A DNA stretch of 51,407 bases, taken from assembly GCA_022813965.1 (NCBI GenBank), contig JALDZS010000166.1, positions 1 through 51,407 on the forward strand, read 5' to 3'. The DNA comes from Toensbergia leucococca. Lineage: Eukaryota. Position 1 is the stretch's first letter, and each line of letters opens with the position of its first letter. This document shows, in pieces, positions 26,205 to 37,825 of the stretch. Position numbers and translations under genes: made by a program. The notes beneath the pieces are model-generated. The model was given only the letters and a program-made list of their open reading frames with translations. It did no database searches and had not been told where the DNA came from.

Positions 26205-27007
26205 CGTAGCTTGATGCTTCTACATGAGTCATGAACAAGGGTAAATCAGCATGTTTGGAACAACATGTGGAAGCACGAAGTAGAGAATGTGTGGTATTTT
26301 GTACGAACAAGTATCCGTACTCTGGAGTGAATTGATAAAGATTGTTAAGCAGTGTCAGTGGTATTGAGGGGAGGAGAGTTGAGAGTCCAGAGCTCAGCCC
26401 CAGCCCCCTCGGGGGTTAAACGAGGCTCGAGGTGGCAGGACTTGCGGCAGCGGCAGCTAAAATCCCGGCCCATGGATTAGCAACATGTGGGGCTTTTTCG
26501 TCATTTCAAGACGTGACACCCAAGGCTTACCGAAGAGTACGGTACCTTACTCATACTTAAACGGGAGACAGGTACTGCCAAGTGATCAATTACATCAGTT
26601 GCTTGATGACTAGCTGAAACGTTTTCCAGAGAAACTGATAGAGGCCGATAGAGACTGACAAAGTGCCCAGCAAGCAAGAAGCCAGCTTAGAAAGTCCCAA
26701 ATAACATTGGCGCTATTATCCAGAGCTATTTGCGCCCTAGAATACGTCAGTTAATCATCCACGGTTCGCATTCGCACCTCGTTCGCGAACTCAATACCTA
26801 CCCTCCTCCGCCCCAACTCTTACGTCCGAGCCGTCCTTTGATTCTCTACCATCTGGCCATGTTGTCAATTTAGCCAAAGCTTGCCTTGCACCCTTGTCCT
26901 CGACGGTATCTGCGAATCGGTCTTCCTTTTCCTTCTTTGTGATCTGGCTTTGATATTGCTCTTCTTACATCTTTAGCCTTTCAACTTGCTACTTACCTAC
27001 CTTCGAT

Positions 27008-29423
27008 ATGCCGCCTCTGGGAGGGAAGGGCAAAAGTAAGGGCCGTGAGGGCCGCCAATCACGCAGTCGCAATACAACTCCAAGCTCAATCGTTAGTCTG
27101 TCAGCCAGTATCGGGCCTTCAACCACTGCCTACCTGGACATACCGATTGGACATTTGATGGTACCCACGAACATAAATTATGACGACATACTCGAAAGAC
27201 ATGGTGGCGGTGGAGGCATACCAGATCCTAAGCATTTGGAGACCATGGCCAACGATCTAAAGACCTTGAGTCAACTTGCAGAAACCAGAGGGCAGGCTTG
27301 TGACGGAGGTATGCGAGAATTGGCCAAGAGGCGCAAGGAAAAGGTTGAAGAGGAAAGAGAAAGAGAACAAGCTACTCGGGAGGCAGGAGAGAAAGAAAGT
27401 ATAAAGAGAGCAGCTGAGGATGACGATGACACTAAAGGAAGGAAGAAGAATAAGGTGAAGAAACCGGTGAGGGAACGCATCACCGCGGCGGAAGAAAGGC
27501 CCTTAACACACGGTGCACACGGTCTTGCGAGACAAGACGGTTTGGACCTGCCCATCAAAGGTATGAATCCGAGTTTTCATATCATGATTCCTATACGTAT
27601 ATGCCATAGCCTCGACACCTTGATTCACATCCTTCACACTGTTGCTTTCAAATCCTCCTTTCCTGTTCGAGCTCCACGATGCTGCCTAGCATTCTCACTT
27701 AGCCCAGTTCAAGCATCTTTCGATGATTCCTATAATGATACCTTTAGAATCTAGGCTGTATCCAATGGAGGAATCCACCCATTTGTATTTACCGGAGCTT
27801 TACGGCTTCAAAGCCCATGATTTAGAGAGCATAGCTAATTAGCATATAGAGGAGGTCATTGAATCCCGCAGACCAAAGAAAAAAGGCCCTTCTCCTCCAA
27901 TTCAAAAGCAAGATGTCGTATCAGGAAGCTCTTCTTCTTTATCGCCCGCTTCCCAACTACAGTCGCCGGCCACTGAAACCAAGCCTCAAGATATCGAGTC
28001 GGCCCGTACATCATCTTCTCCTTCGAGCGAATCTCTTGATTCGCACCAACCTCCTCCTGCAGCAAGCATCGCCCAATATCAGACATTTGGCCCCGATCCC
28101 TTGACATTTGATGACCCTACTGTTTATCATATTCGCAAAGTTCGAGATGACATGACCGATGAAGAGAAAAAAGAAATATATTGTGTTGCATCATTTCCTC
28201 ATGATGACTTAAGTAATCTCATTGCCGGCACTCCTCCCGATAAGGACTTTAGCAATGCAAAGCCGACAAATCAAGTGAACTCCAACACATTTTCTGCCTA
28301 TCTCGAACCATATCTACGACCATTAACGGAAGAGGACATGGCATTCTTAAAAGAACGGGTAAGCTGGGCCAGAGGCTGTACTCACCAGGCGTATTGCTCA
28401 CTTTAGCAGGGTGACCGAGTAACCCCGTTCGTAATTCCTCGTCGCGGAAAGCGTCACTACACCGAAATTTGGGCGGAAGAAGATGGCTCCATTTCCCTGG
28501 ACCCTCTGCACCAAACCAGAGACAAACTACCCCAGAATCAACCGCGAGGGGCTCTTGAGCAGATTGACGACGAAGCCGCTGAAACGGACCAAGTATCAAA
28601 CGGTCCCTTGATGAGCCGCCTTCTCAGTACAATGCGCACCGAGCATCGCCCGCCTCCCGGCGAAGATAAAGAAAAACCCAATGGTCTTCCCAACGGTACA
28701 AGCGAGATCTCACTCAACGGACATAGCAACGGCATCGACCATCTCATCCCCGCCTCACCCCCCTCAAACGACAACCCCTCCTTCATGGCCCCCGCAACTT
28801 TCATGCCCGAATCCGCACACCAATCTTGGAAAACCCCGACCCCCAAACTCGACGCCGCCCAAGCCGATGATCGCCTCAAAGCAGAACTACGGTACATTGG
28901 CTTCCTCGGGCCCGAAAGCGAACCCGACTATGACGCGCATTACGACGACGATGTCGCCGCCCGCCTCCGCACCCTGCAAGCCGAGCTCAAAGAACAAAGC
29001 ATCGTCAACGGCGCTCGCAAAGCGCGAATACTCGAGCTTGCAAATGAGCGCATGGCCCATCAAGAATACAGCACCATCCTCGAAGATCTAGACTCCCAGG
29101 TGCAGCAGGCGTATCTGAAGCGCACGCGTACTTTGGGCAAGGGCAAGAAAAATGTCAAAAGACCTGGCGGAGCAGGCGGGGGGAGTCATTATGTTGGCGG
29201 GGCTGCGGGTGGGGCCGGGGGCGGTGGTGTCACGAAGCCTGGGATCGGGGATGCGGCGAGGCAGATGATGGAGCGGAGGAAGAAGTGGGATGATCAGATT
29301 GGGCCGCTTTTTGGGGAGGAGGTCACAAGGGTGAGGGGGGCTGGAGAGGGAATTTTTGGGGAAGATGTCATGGAGCGGTTGGTTAAGGCTGAGAGGGAGA
29401 GGTGGGATGAGGAGGCTGAATGA
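27008..29423 (+). CDS. NGG1: SAGA/ADA histone acetyltransferase complex subunit Ngg1/Ada3
   Basis: Motifs [91 protein letters not shown] and [18 protein letters not shown]. Introns at 27561-27849 and about 28359-28409. Confidence 0.93.
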
Positions 29424-31121
29424 GGTGATTGTGGAGCCCTTTTTCTATCTGTCTGAATTAGAGTGCTTGGAGCGTTGGCGTTGGGGATGGGTTTGGGGGA
29501 GGTCAGGTTCTTAGGATTGGATTAGCATTGGGAACAATCTATTCTACGCGAATAATGAATTTCTTTTTGAAATTTGGGGATGATGGAATGGAAGATCTTG
29601 CAATGGTGGAATTTTACCCCCGGCGTACGTGTAGATTACCTTGTGACTGCGGTTTAATATTATTTACAGATCTCGGAGGAATCATCTGCTGTATAAGTTG
29701 TTGTTGTTGATGTTGTTGATTGCTTTTGTTTTGTGACTTTTCATGCTGTTTACAACTTTAGATGTTGTGATTGTTGTCTCTTCACTCTTTACTCTAAAAA
29801 TCATTTGTTCTTTTATTGTGCTTCATCAATACTTTACCTTGACAATTTCTTTGTTTTTGAAATTGAGGTTTAAGTGAATTCACTTTATTGACAAGTCATC
29901 ACTGCGTCAGCTGAACATTCTACTCGTACTCATACGAGAGAGTGAAGAGGTGAGGTAGTCACATGATAGTCTACAAAAGCTGAGTCATCAATTCTCAAAA
30001 GATCAAGCATGCAGCCGGACAGGATTTGGTACCTTAGGCCCAAGCTGTACAGCCCTGCGCAAGAGTGCTTCGACAGCAACCAGGTGTCATCATCATGCAT
30101 GCTAAAAACAAAGGTACACTCGAGAGCTCTTCTCGTGCTGCTTCAAGCCGCAGATCATACTGCTTCGAGCGGCAGATGGAACCCGATTGACAAACGACTA
30201 TGGCGTCCTTCAACCTCTGATCTGACTATCCACGTGACCCATGCGTGGTAAATCGACATAAGTACCATGCCATCATCATGGCAGCCCGCAGAAAGGAGTG
30301 ATGGGCGGGATGTGTTCTCAAGCAAAGATGCATCACTGATTTCTGCCTCTTTCCTTGAGCCTCTTCACCCTCAATCCACGTACCGGTACTTGCCTCATGG
30401 CAAGATTACCCACGTCCCGTTTCCGGCGTTGAATGCACAAGCCATACATCACACACCCTGCTTTACCCTCACGAGACGTGCTGTGCCACTGACAGTCACG
30501 GTCTACAGGTGCTTCTTGAATGAAAATCAGAGAAAATCAAGTCCCGGTGTCAATATCCATCGCTGAAGAATACTTATGACCTCTGACCTCTTTGCTTTCG
30601 TTCGATTCCCTCAAAGCCATTATGTACCCGAAGACACAAAGTACCCTGCCCCGCGCCGACAACCGGAATCCGGAAATCCTAGGTGAGGGATGGCCTAAGA
30701 TTTGCAAATTTCAGTTGTCGGCGTGAGCCTGCCTACCAAGTTCAAAATGAGGTTTAACCAAATAATTGACCAACTGATGAACCCCTTATGGCATCAGCGC
30801 TGACAGAAGTTCACCAATCATTATGAAAAATCTCAAAAGTAGCTACCCGTTGCCATGAACCAAGACTTCTCAGAACTGAGAGGACCAATGAGATGCACAT
30901 GAAGTAGTGCGGATCCCTACCAAGAAGCGACAGTCTCGACATTTGTGGATGCCTTCAGCCTTATCATGGGTCACGGAAAATAAATAGAACCATGCTTCCC
31001 ATGATGGTCTGAATTTCCCCGTTGTATCTCTGCATTTATCTCCCTTGGATTTGTTATCCCGCTCAATCAATCAGTTCAATCACTTATCTTCCTCACTTAT
31101 AAAATCCGTTACGAATGCTTG

Positions 31122-31539
31122 ATGTCTCTCTGCCTCATGTCTCTCTATCAGCAGCATGCTAACTGCACATCCTCGAGCTGTCCCTCACTCAAGCCCCAGA
31201 CTCCAGGTCAAGCCATTAACCAGAGACTATCACCCGAGGTTATCATTGCTATAGTCTTTGGTATAGTCATGGTATTTCTTGCTCTCTTTGGTCTTTGGCA
31301 GGGTCGTCGGCCTAGATGTTTGGAAAGTAATGGAACGCATTGCTTCTTTAATCTTTGGCTTCGCTGATGGTTCTGTAGGCAATGAAGTGACATCTCTTTC
31401 CGAGTGGCCGATATCGCTATACAGAAGCTACCCAGTACCTGACTCGAGCTTCGAGGAATACATACTCCAGTACCCATCAAAAACACCTACCGCAACAGTC
31501 TGTCTCCCCACATGTTCTGATACCACTATCGGGGGCTGA
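31122..31539 (+). CDS. Putative small single-pass membrane protein (~121 aa), no recognised family
   Basis: TM segment SPEVIIAIVFGIVMVFLALFGLW followed by basic GRRPR. A 52-nt GTAATG...GCTGAT...TAG intron (31327-31378) joins two ORFs in frame. Confidence 0.5.
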
Positions 31540-32181
31540 TTTCAGGGATAGCTTTCGCCGCCAATGAAAAAAACTCAATCCTGACAAGACATCCTACATC
31601 TCTCCTGGTAGTGTGGGGTTGGGAAATAAGTCTATGTTGAACAGTGGAGGAAGTACTGAGGATCAGAGCAGTTGAAGGAATGATGACAAGGATATTATGC
31701 GGGTTAGCCTTTGTTAGATCTCTCTGATCTTCAAGTGAGAGGGTTCATGTGTTGCACTGTTTCAGTAATCGAATGACATGTATTATGTTCTTAAACACAT
31801 TCAATTGAGCACACCTTGCTACTGATATGATTACATTGAATAACTTCAGAAAGACTTATTGAGAGCCATGAAATAATACCTCTGAAGATCATTGCAGCGA
31901 GCGAAGCCAGATGTACTTAGGTAAGGTACCACATTACCTACTGCTAGCTTTGATCGAACGGACCTTGCCTAATTCACTTAACGATTCAGTAACGTGACAG
32001 CTCCGATTACCTTATTAGGCTTAGCCTCCAGCATACCCTCGAGCGGGTGGCCCCGTGGCCCCCTACTAGGTATCATGCCAAGGCCTATCCGCAGACCAAA
32101 CCAATTTGATCGCAACATCAATTCGATAAGACAGTAAAAAGATGCTCTAAAATTGATGAGATTAGTATTGTTCATACTTCA

Positions 32182-33322
32182 ATGCCATTGCACGGTAAGA
32201 TCTCATAGTTTCTCTTTCAACAACGGTACTAACACTGAATTAAGTCCCTCATGCTCAGTGTTCGATCTCCCACAACTCTACTCCCGACCCCCTGCCTATG
32301 TCCTGCTTCAAGCTCTCGAGAGTCTTGCTGTCAAACCTATATCATGGGATTCCGCCATAGAAAATGACGAGGAAGAAGAAGACGAAATCAGCGAAGATGG
32401 TATTCCGAGGTACCTTACCGGCATAATCAAAAGCCCACTGGCATGGATCGAAAACGAAGTCGAGAAAGAGCAAATCTGGGAGAGCGCCAGTATGAGGTTA
32501 AGTGAAAGATCCGGAAGGACAGGTGAATCCCTCTTTCATGCCAGTTCAGACGCCTTATTTCGACATGTTTAACGCAACATAGCTGCCCCCTCCGCCAACC
32601 GAACTCTCCATATTCCAACCACCACCTCCTCGACCCCCACTATTGCAATCCATCTTTATGAGCCCTCTCTCACATCCGATAATCTCGGGCATAAGACATG
32701 GTCAGCATCCTACCTCCTTGCGAAACGCCTCCCGCACCTCCTACCATATCTCCCTCCACTCCACTCCTACCCTCAAAATTCTTCGACTACTCTCGCCATT
32801 CAAGCTCCTTTGCCACGCGTCCTTGAACTTGGCGCCGGCACAGGCCTCGTAGGCATAGCCTTCGCAGCCCTCTTTCCCACACATGTTCACCTTACCGACC
32901 TGACCCCCATAGTTCCCAACCTCTTAACCAACGTGCTCGCCAACATCTCTCATCCCAGCAGCACGACTACGGTAGGAACCCTAGACTGGTCAAACCTCTC
33001 TTTAGCCCCTGATACCTCAACATCAAAATACGCCATCATTGTGGCAGCGGATCCTCTCTACTCGCCCTCGCACCCTGCCTGGCTTGTCAATACTATTGGG
33101 AGGCATTTGGCCAGGGGAGCCGAGGCGAGGGTTGTGGTTGAGTTACCGCTTAGAGAAGCGTACATGGCTGAAATTGGAGAATTCAGGGCGCGGATGACGG
33201 ACTTGGGGCTGTGGCTGTTGGTCGAGGGGGAGGAGGTGGGGTTCGATGATTGGGGCAGTGGAAGTATGGATGGGAGAGTGGAGGTCAAGTGCTGGTGGGG
33301 TGTATGGGCTTGGGCAGATTGA
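32182..33322 (+). CDS. rrg1: Rrg1/Efm2-like protein methyltransferase (family 16, SAM-dependent)
   Basis: MPLH|VFDLPQLY.RP...YLT.II.SPL.WIE..E.IWE.AS.RLSERSGRT, then L.EPSL..DNLGHKTWSASYLLA, motif I VLELGAGTGLVG, LTDL, LDW, AADPLYS..HP, and C-terminal G.DDWG...V.CWWGVW. Confidence 0.88.
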
Positions 33323-33650
33323 GGTGAGATTGCTTATGTGAGGTGTTTTCAATGACCTCTCTTTGTAATGTCTCTCGTTGTGTGTGAAGGGCAGAAAGAT
33401 AAATTAATTTTACTGTTGTTGCCTGCATTAATTCAGTATCAAGGCACATTATCACAGTACTTATGATCGTGCAACAAATTAGCTATAATGCGCAATATCA
33501 AATACTAGAACAATGCAATACAAAAAAGTATTATTGCACGTTGCACAGTATCGTAGCGTACTATTATATTACTGAGATACTCTGCAGCTTTGCACATGGC
33601 TTCCCCACCCTCCCAGCCCACCTCCATTCCCTGACCCCACGCTCACAACA

Positions 33651-34524
33651 ATGTTCTCTCTCCTCGTGACCGCCATCCCCACAACTATCGCCATTGGTCA
33701 AGGTGTCAGCGCCCAAAAACGTGAACAGTCCCGAAAAGACGACACCGCTCTCCTCCGCCCCTTCACCCTCACCTGCCTCTGCACCGACGACGATGCTGAC
33801 GAGGACGCGCGTGAAGCTCTGCATGGGAATAGAGTCGTGTTGAGGGATGGGAAGGTCGGCTACAGATTTCTTTGATTTCTATGAACGAATCAAGCAAACA
33901 ATCATCATAGCTCTAATTCTCGCTTTGACAACCCCCTAATAGCTCTACCTCGCTACCCCCTCATCTTCCCTTTTCAAACCCTTCCATCCCTTTCAAGGCT
34001 TCTACATCACCTATCCCGACCCCGACCGTCCTTCCCCACTCCCACTCGGCCTCGTCTCGACTATCAGCGACGATCCGCCTGCGCTGAATTGGATATATGT
34101 TGATCAAGCGACAAGAGAGGTGCGGTATGCGAACCGCACGGGGAGTAAAGGGGGATGGGTTGGGAGCTGGGGGTGGGGGGATGAGTGTGGTGGGAAAGGG
34201 GGTAAGGAAAATAAAAGTCGTGGGGAGGAAGGGGTAATGGAGCGGAAAAGTGATGGGGTCCTCAGGTTTGAAAGCCAGGAAGAGTTTGTAGGTGTTGAGG
34301 ATGCCGGGGGATGGGAGCTTCTTTGGGGCGGAAAGGGGGAGAGGGGTGTTAGGGGGGATGCGGTGGGGTTGAATGGGAGAAGGGCGGTTAAGATTAGGCT
34401 TTTGAGGGCTTTTGTTGAGGGAGAGAAGAAGGAGGGTGGCGAAGAGGAGAAGGACCAGGACAAGACCCAGGCGGAGAAGAAAGTAAGTGAAAAGAAGGAC
34501 GATGAGGGAAAGGGGAAGGGTTGA
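33651..34524 (+). CDS. Conserved fungal hypothetical protein (two exons)
   Basis: MFSLLVTAIPTTIAIGQGVSAQKR...VVLRDGK|LYL...HPFQGFYITYP...GLVSTISDDPPALNWIYVD..T.EVRYANRT. These motifs recur in Pezizomycotina hypothetical proteins. Intron at about 33855-33942. Confidence 0.75.
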
Positions 34525-35692
34525 GGCAAAGGTCTTTCCCATCAATAAGCAAAAGATATTTCCCGAACCACATCAGAGCAGCAAAGAGTCCAGAGGCACG
34601 GTTCGTGTAAGCCGGGTTCTCGGTCGTACGCCGAATCGGACTCCACACCTCTAGGATTTTTGGGCTTGCAAGGCTCTTGGCGTTCGCCAATGCACGGGAG
34701 AGGGGAAAAGTGGGAGCTGAGGCCTCTTGCGCTTTACATTTCCATACTTGTCCACATTTCTCACATCAGGGGAAGAAGGAGGTTTACGAACGCTGGCGAA
34801 GTCCGGGGTCGAGGCTTGCACTGGGTTCGGACTCGGAAGTCAGAGCAAGCTGCGCGACTACATTCGGCGTCTTGGGCAGACATAGGAGCCCAAAACACGC
34901 TAATTCCCTCCTGGTTCGCCGAACAGCTCTCCCGTCTATCTCACATATCAACCACACTTCTTCCTCTTTACCCCACAACTCACACCCCTCCTTCCCCCCT
35001 CTACCCCTCCCCGAAGAAAGAGGCAAGATCCAAAGTCTCTGCTCCTCACACCGGACATCTGGTCCGTAAAACCCCGTTCTATTTTCTCGAGAGCTTTGGG
35101 TTGTCAAGTGCTGAGCGAAAAGGTTGACATCTCGATAGGTACAAAAAGGGGGGTGGGAGACTTTGTTTTTGGACGAAAGTGGGGGGGGGGGGTTGGAGGA
35201 GTAGGTAGAGGGGTTGGTTTTTTTTTTTTGGAAAGGCCTCAGGTGAGGAGGTGGGATCATTGGTATGGATGTTTTTTTTTTTGAACTCCGTAAAGGGCGG
35301 CATTTTTCTCATCGGATATTCTTCATTGCTTTTTTTTCTGTCTGTCCTTCTCCACACACCAACTATGGGGGGTTTTGGAAAGAAACGCGGGGCTGGGTTT
35401 TTGAGGTGCTCTCCGCTTTTTTAGTATTCATATGTCTCTTTCCCTCTTGAATGAAACCTTGAATCGGCAAAAGAATACGTGGATAATCCCTCCCTTCCTT
35501 CCCTCCTTTTGCCCCCTCGCCCTTCTTCCCCTCACCCTTCTTTCCCCTCGCCCTTTTCCCCCACGCCCTTCTGTCCCGTCCCCCTTCTTCCCCTTGCCCT
35601 TTTTCCCCTTCTTCCCCTCATCACCCGCCAACCCTCCCTCAATTTCTCAAATCCCACCAAGTGTTTTTGAACGGCTGTTGCTATCCCGATTC

Positions 35693-35780
35693 CTATCCCT
35701 ATCCCTATCCCTATCCCTATCCCTATCCCTATCCCTATCCTTATCCCTATCCCTATCCCTATCCCTATCCCTATCCCTAT
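35693..35780. repeat. (CTATCC)n / (GGATAG)n hexamer microsatellite, ~14-15 units
   Basis: Directly visible tandem array with one TTATCC variant and degenerate flanks. Confidence 0.95.
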
Positions 35781-35912
35781 TCCTATTATTCACTATTACT
35801 ATCCCTATCACTACATAAATCTACCTACTCACTCACTTCAGGAAGTAAGTTGTGCTTTTTTCCTTCTTTTTTCTTTTTTTTTCTTGAGGGAAGAGGGGCT
35901 TGAGTTTGTTGT

Positions 35913-35947
35913 GTGAGGGTGAGGGTGAGGGTGAGGGTGAGGTGAGG
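35913..35947. repeat. (TGAGGG)4 plus TGAGG x2 telomere-like microsatellite
   Basis: Directly visible tandem array. Confidence 0.85.
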
Positions 35948-36277
35948 TGTATGAGGGGGTGTGTGAGGGGGAAGCGATGATTGGGGGGGAGCGATGAGGG
36001 GGGAAATAGGAGGGGGGTGTGATTGGAGGGAGAAGGGATGAGGGAGGGACGAGGGGCGATGAGAATTCAAAGCGGAGATGTATATTTCTTTTGAGGTGTA
36101 GAGATCGTGGAGAGTTTTTTGTCGGGACGAGCGAGGGACCGCGCGGGGTGGAGTGTTCACGTCTGGCCAACTGACACCTCTGATGGCACTCTTTCTCGCC
36201 TGCCACATTTCTCCCCCCCCCCCCCCCCCCAATAGCAACATGAAAATTCATGGAAGAATCATTTCCAAAAATTTCAA

Positions 36278-37507
36278 TCACACCAAAAACGTCCAGAAGC
36301 TGGGCCAGACAAACTCGTCCTCGAAGATCCTCCGCACCTGCTCTAGCACGAATTTCTCCACCTTGCCCACGTTCTTCAGGACCTGTTTCCCGCCCTCCTT
36401 TCTCCCAATCTCGCTCTCCACCTGGATCCGCCTCAGTAATCCCCCGATTCCGCCTTCACCACCACCAACCCCCCGGCCCCCCTCATCACCACGATGCGAG
36501 TCTCCCCCCTCAACCCCTAGAAGGACTTCGGCATCCTCGGCGCCCAAGAAGCAAAAATGTGCGCGGCGCTTGCCGAGGAGGTAGGCGATCAGGGCCACGC
36601 CGTCGAAGGCGAGACCGGTGATGTTTAGTTTCAAGGGGATGCCGACGAAGGAGGGCATGGGGTAGTCGAGGAGGATTTCGGCGGTGAGGGAGAGGTGGGT
36701 GTGGCCGCTGTAGGAGATGTGGAGCACGATTTGGAGGTCTGCTGAGGGATCTGCGGGGGGTTGGTGCTGGGGTTGGGGTTGCTGGGTGAGAGGCGGGGAG
36801 GGGGGTTGGGGGGATGTTTGGGCGAAGGAGTCTGCGGTTGAGGGCCGGGAGGATGGTCGAGAAGAGCTGGTTTGGGGGGGTTGGTGGAGTGGGTGCCTGT
36901 GGTGCGGGGAGTGGGGGCGTGGGTGGGCTTCCCAGGTGCGGATTGGTTGGTCGGGCCAGTTGCTGGCGTAGGGAGTGGTGCCGCTTGCGACGGCGGCGAG
37001 CGGCGTGTGGGTTCCTGACAGGTTGGCGCTGAGGGGTAGGTGAAAGTAGCTTAGGTTGGAGGTGCCGCCTGGGATGCCGGGTGTGTTGGAGCGGGAGAGC
37101 AGAGGGCTGGCGATTTGGTCTGCTAGGCCTAGATTAGAGCGGAGACCGGGGAGGCGGGTGTCGATGTAAGTTGGGGGGTTGGATGTTGTCGTGGAAGTGC
37201 GGCCGCCGGGGGGGTGAATTGGGAGGTGGGGGCTTCTGAATTCGGGAGAGGCTAGGCTTTCCTCCTCTTCATTTTCGTCGGCTTGGTCGTCATCTTCGTA
37301 GAAGTCGGGGAGAGGGTCGCAGATGTCTTTTAATTCTACGACGGGACATTCGTCGCCAAAGTCAAAGGAGTGGACCTGGACGGAGCGGATGAAGTGAGGG
37401 AGGGCAACTTCTTGGAATTTATCGTGGATGAAGTCGCGGATGGATTCGGTGAGGGCGAGGCCATCGGGACCTTTGGTTAGGGAGTCCCAGTCGATGTTGA
37501 TGGACAT
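36278..37507 (-). CDS. MDM12: ERMES complex subunit Mdm12
   Basis: MSINIDW..L...L.ESIRDFIHDKFQ.V.LP.FIRSV.VHSFDFG..P..ELKDICDPLPDFYE, EILLDYPMPSFVGIPLKLNITG, and VLKNVGKVEKFVLEQVRRIFEDEFV.PSFWTFLV. Intronless. Confidence 0.97.
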   Translation of the reverse strand: MSINIDWDSLTKGPDGLALTESIRDFIHDKFQEVALPHFIRSVQVHSFDFGDECPVVELKDICDPLPDFYEDDDQADENEEEESLASPEFRSPHLPIHPPGGRTSTTTSNPPTYIDTRLPGLRSNLGLADQIASPLLSRSNTPGIPGGTSNLSYFHLPLSANLSGTHTPLAAVASGTTPYASNWPDQPIRTWEAHPRPHSPHHRHPLHQPPQTSSSRPSSRPSTADSFAQTSPQPPSPPLTQQPQPQHQPPADPSADLQIVLHISYSGHTHLSLTAEILLDYPMPSFVGIPLKLNITGLAFDGVALIAYLLGKRRAHFCFLGAEDAEVLLGVEGGDSHRGDEGGRGVGGGEGGIGGLLRRIQVESEIGRKEGGKQVLKNVGKVEKFVLEQVRRIFEDEFVWPSFWTFLV

Positions 37508-37825
37508 TACATGGTTCTGCTTGGTGATGTGGCTCCTGATAGTGGATCACTGCGGGAAGTTGAGAGGGAAGCATTTATGGTTTTGCCAGAAGAGGAGGGG
37601 GGAGGGGGGTTTGGTTCGAAAAAAAACCAAGCCCAACATTCAATCTGAGAAGCAAGCACTTAGTATTTTATATTATACGATTCAAACTCAAATATACGGA
37701 TCAGTCTTGAGTTCAATGACGAAAGTATCCAACAGGTTTTGTATAAAAATCTAATCTAAATATTCCGCAGATATACGGTGCCAATGGATATTTGCTGCCT
37801 TCTACCACTTTTGTCTAATAGCTCC

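Larger units (their letters stand above)
34560..36200. other. Non-coding, highly self-complementary intergenic segment (candidate large structured RNA, unassigned)
   Basis: No credible ORF. Several perfect 6-10 bp inverted repeats and long pyrimidine/purine complementary arms (see findings). Confidence 0.3.

Noticed and set aside
29700..29880. T/AT-rich stretch as possible RIP-degraded repeat
   Set aside because: Short, not TpA-enriched by eye, and consistent with a terminator region downstream of Ngg1.
34606..34622. RNase P-like P4 3' strand (GAGAACCCGGCTTAC, minus strand)
   Set aside because: No GAAAGTCC-type 5' partner upstream on the same strand, so not called as RNase P or MRP.
35428..36281. 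ORFs with (SL)n, (YP)n, (HP)n and (LT)n repeats
   Set aside because: Translations of microsatellites and low-complexity DNA.
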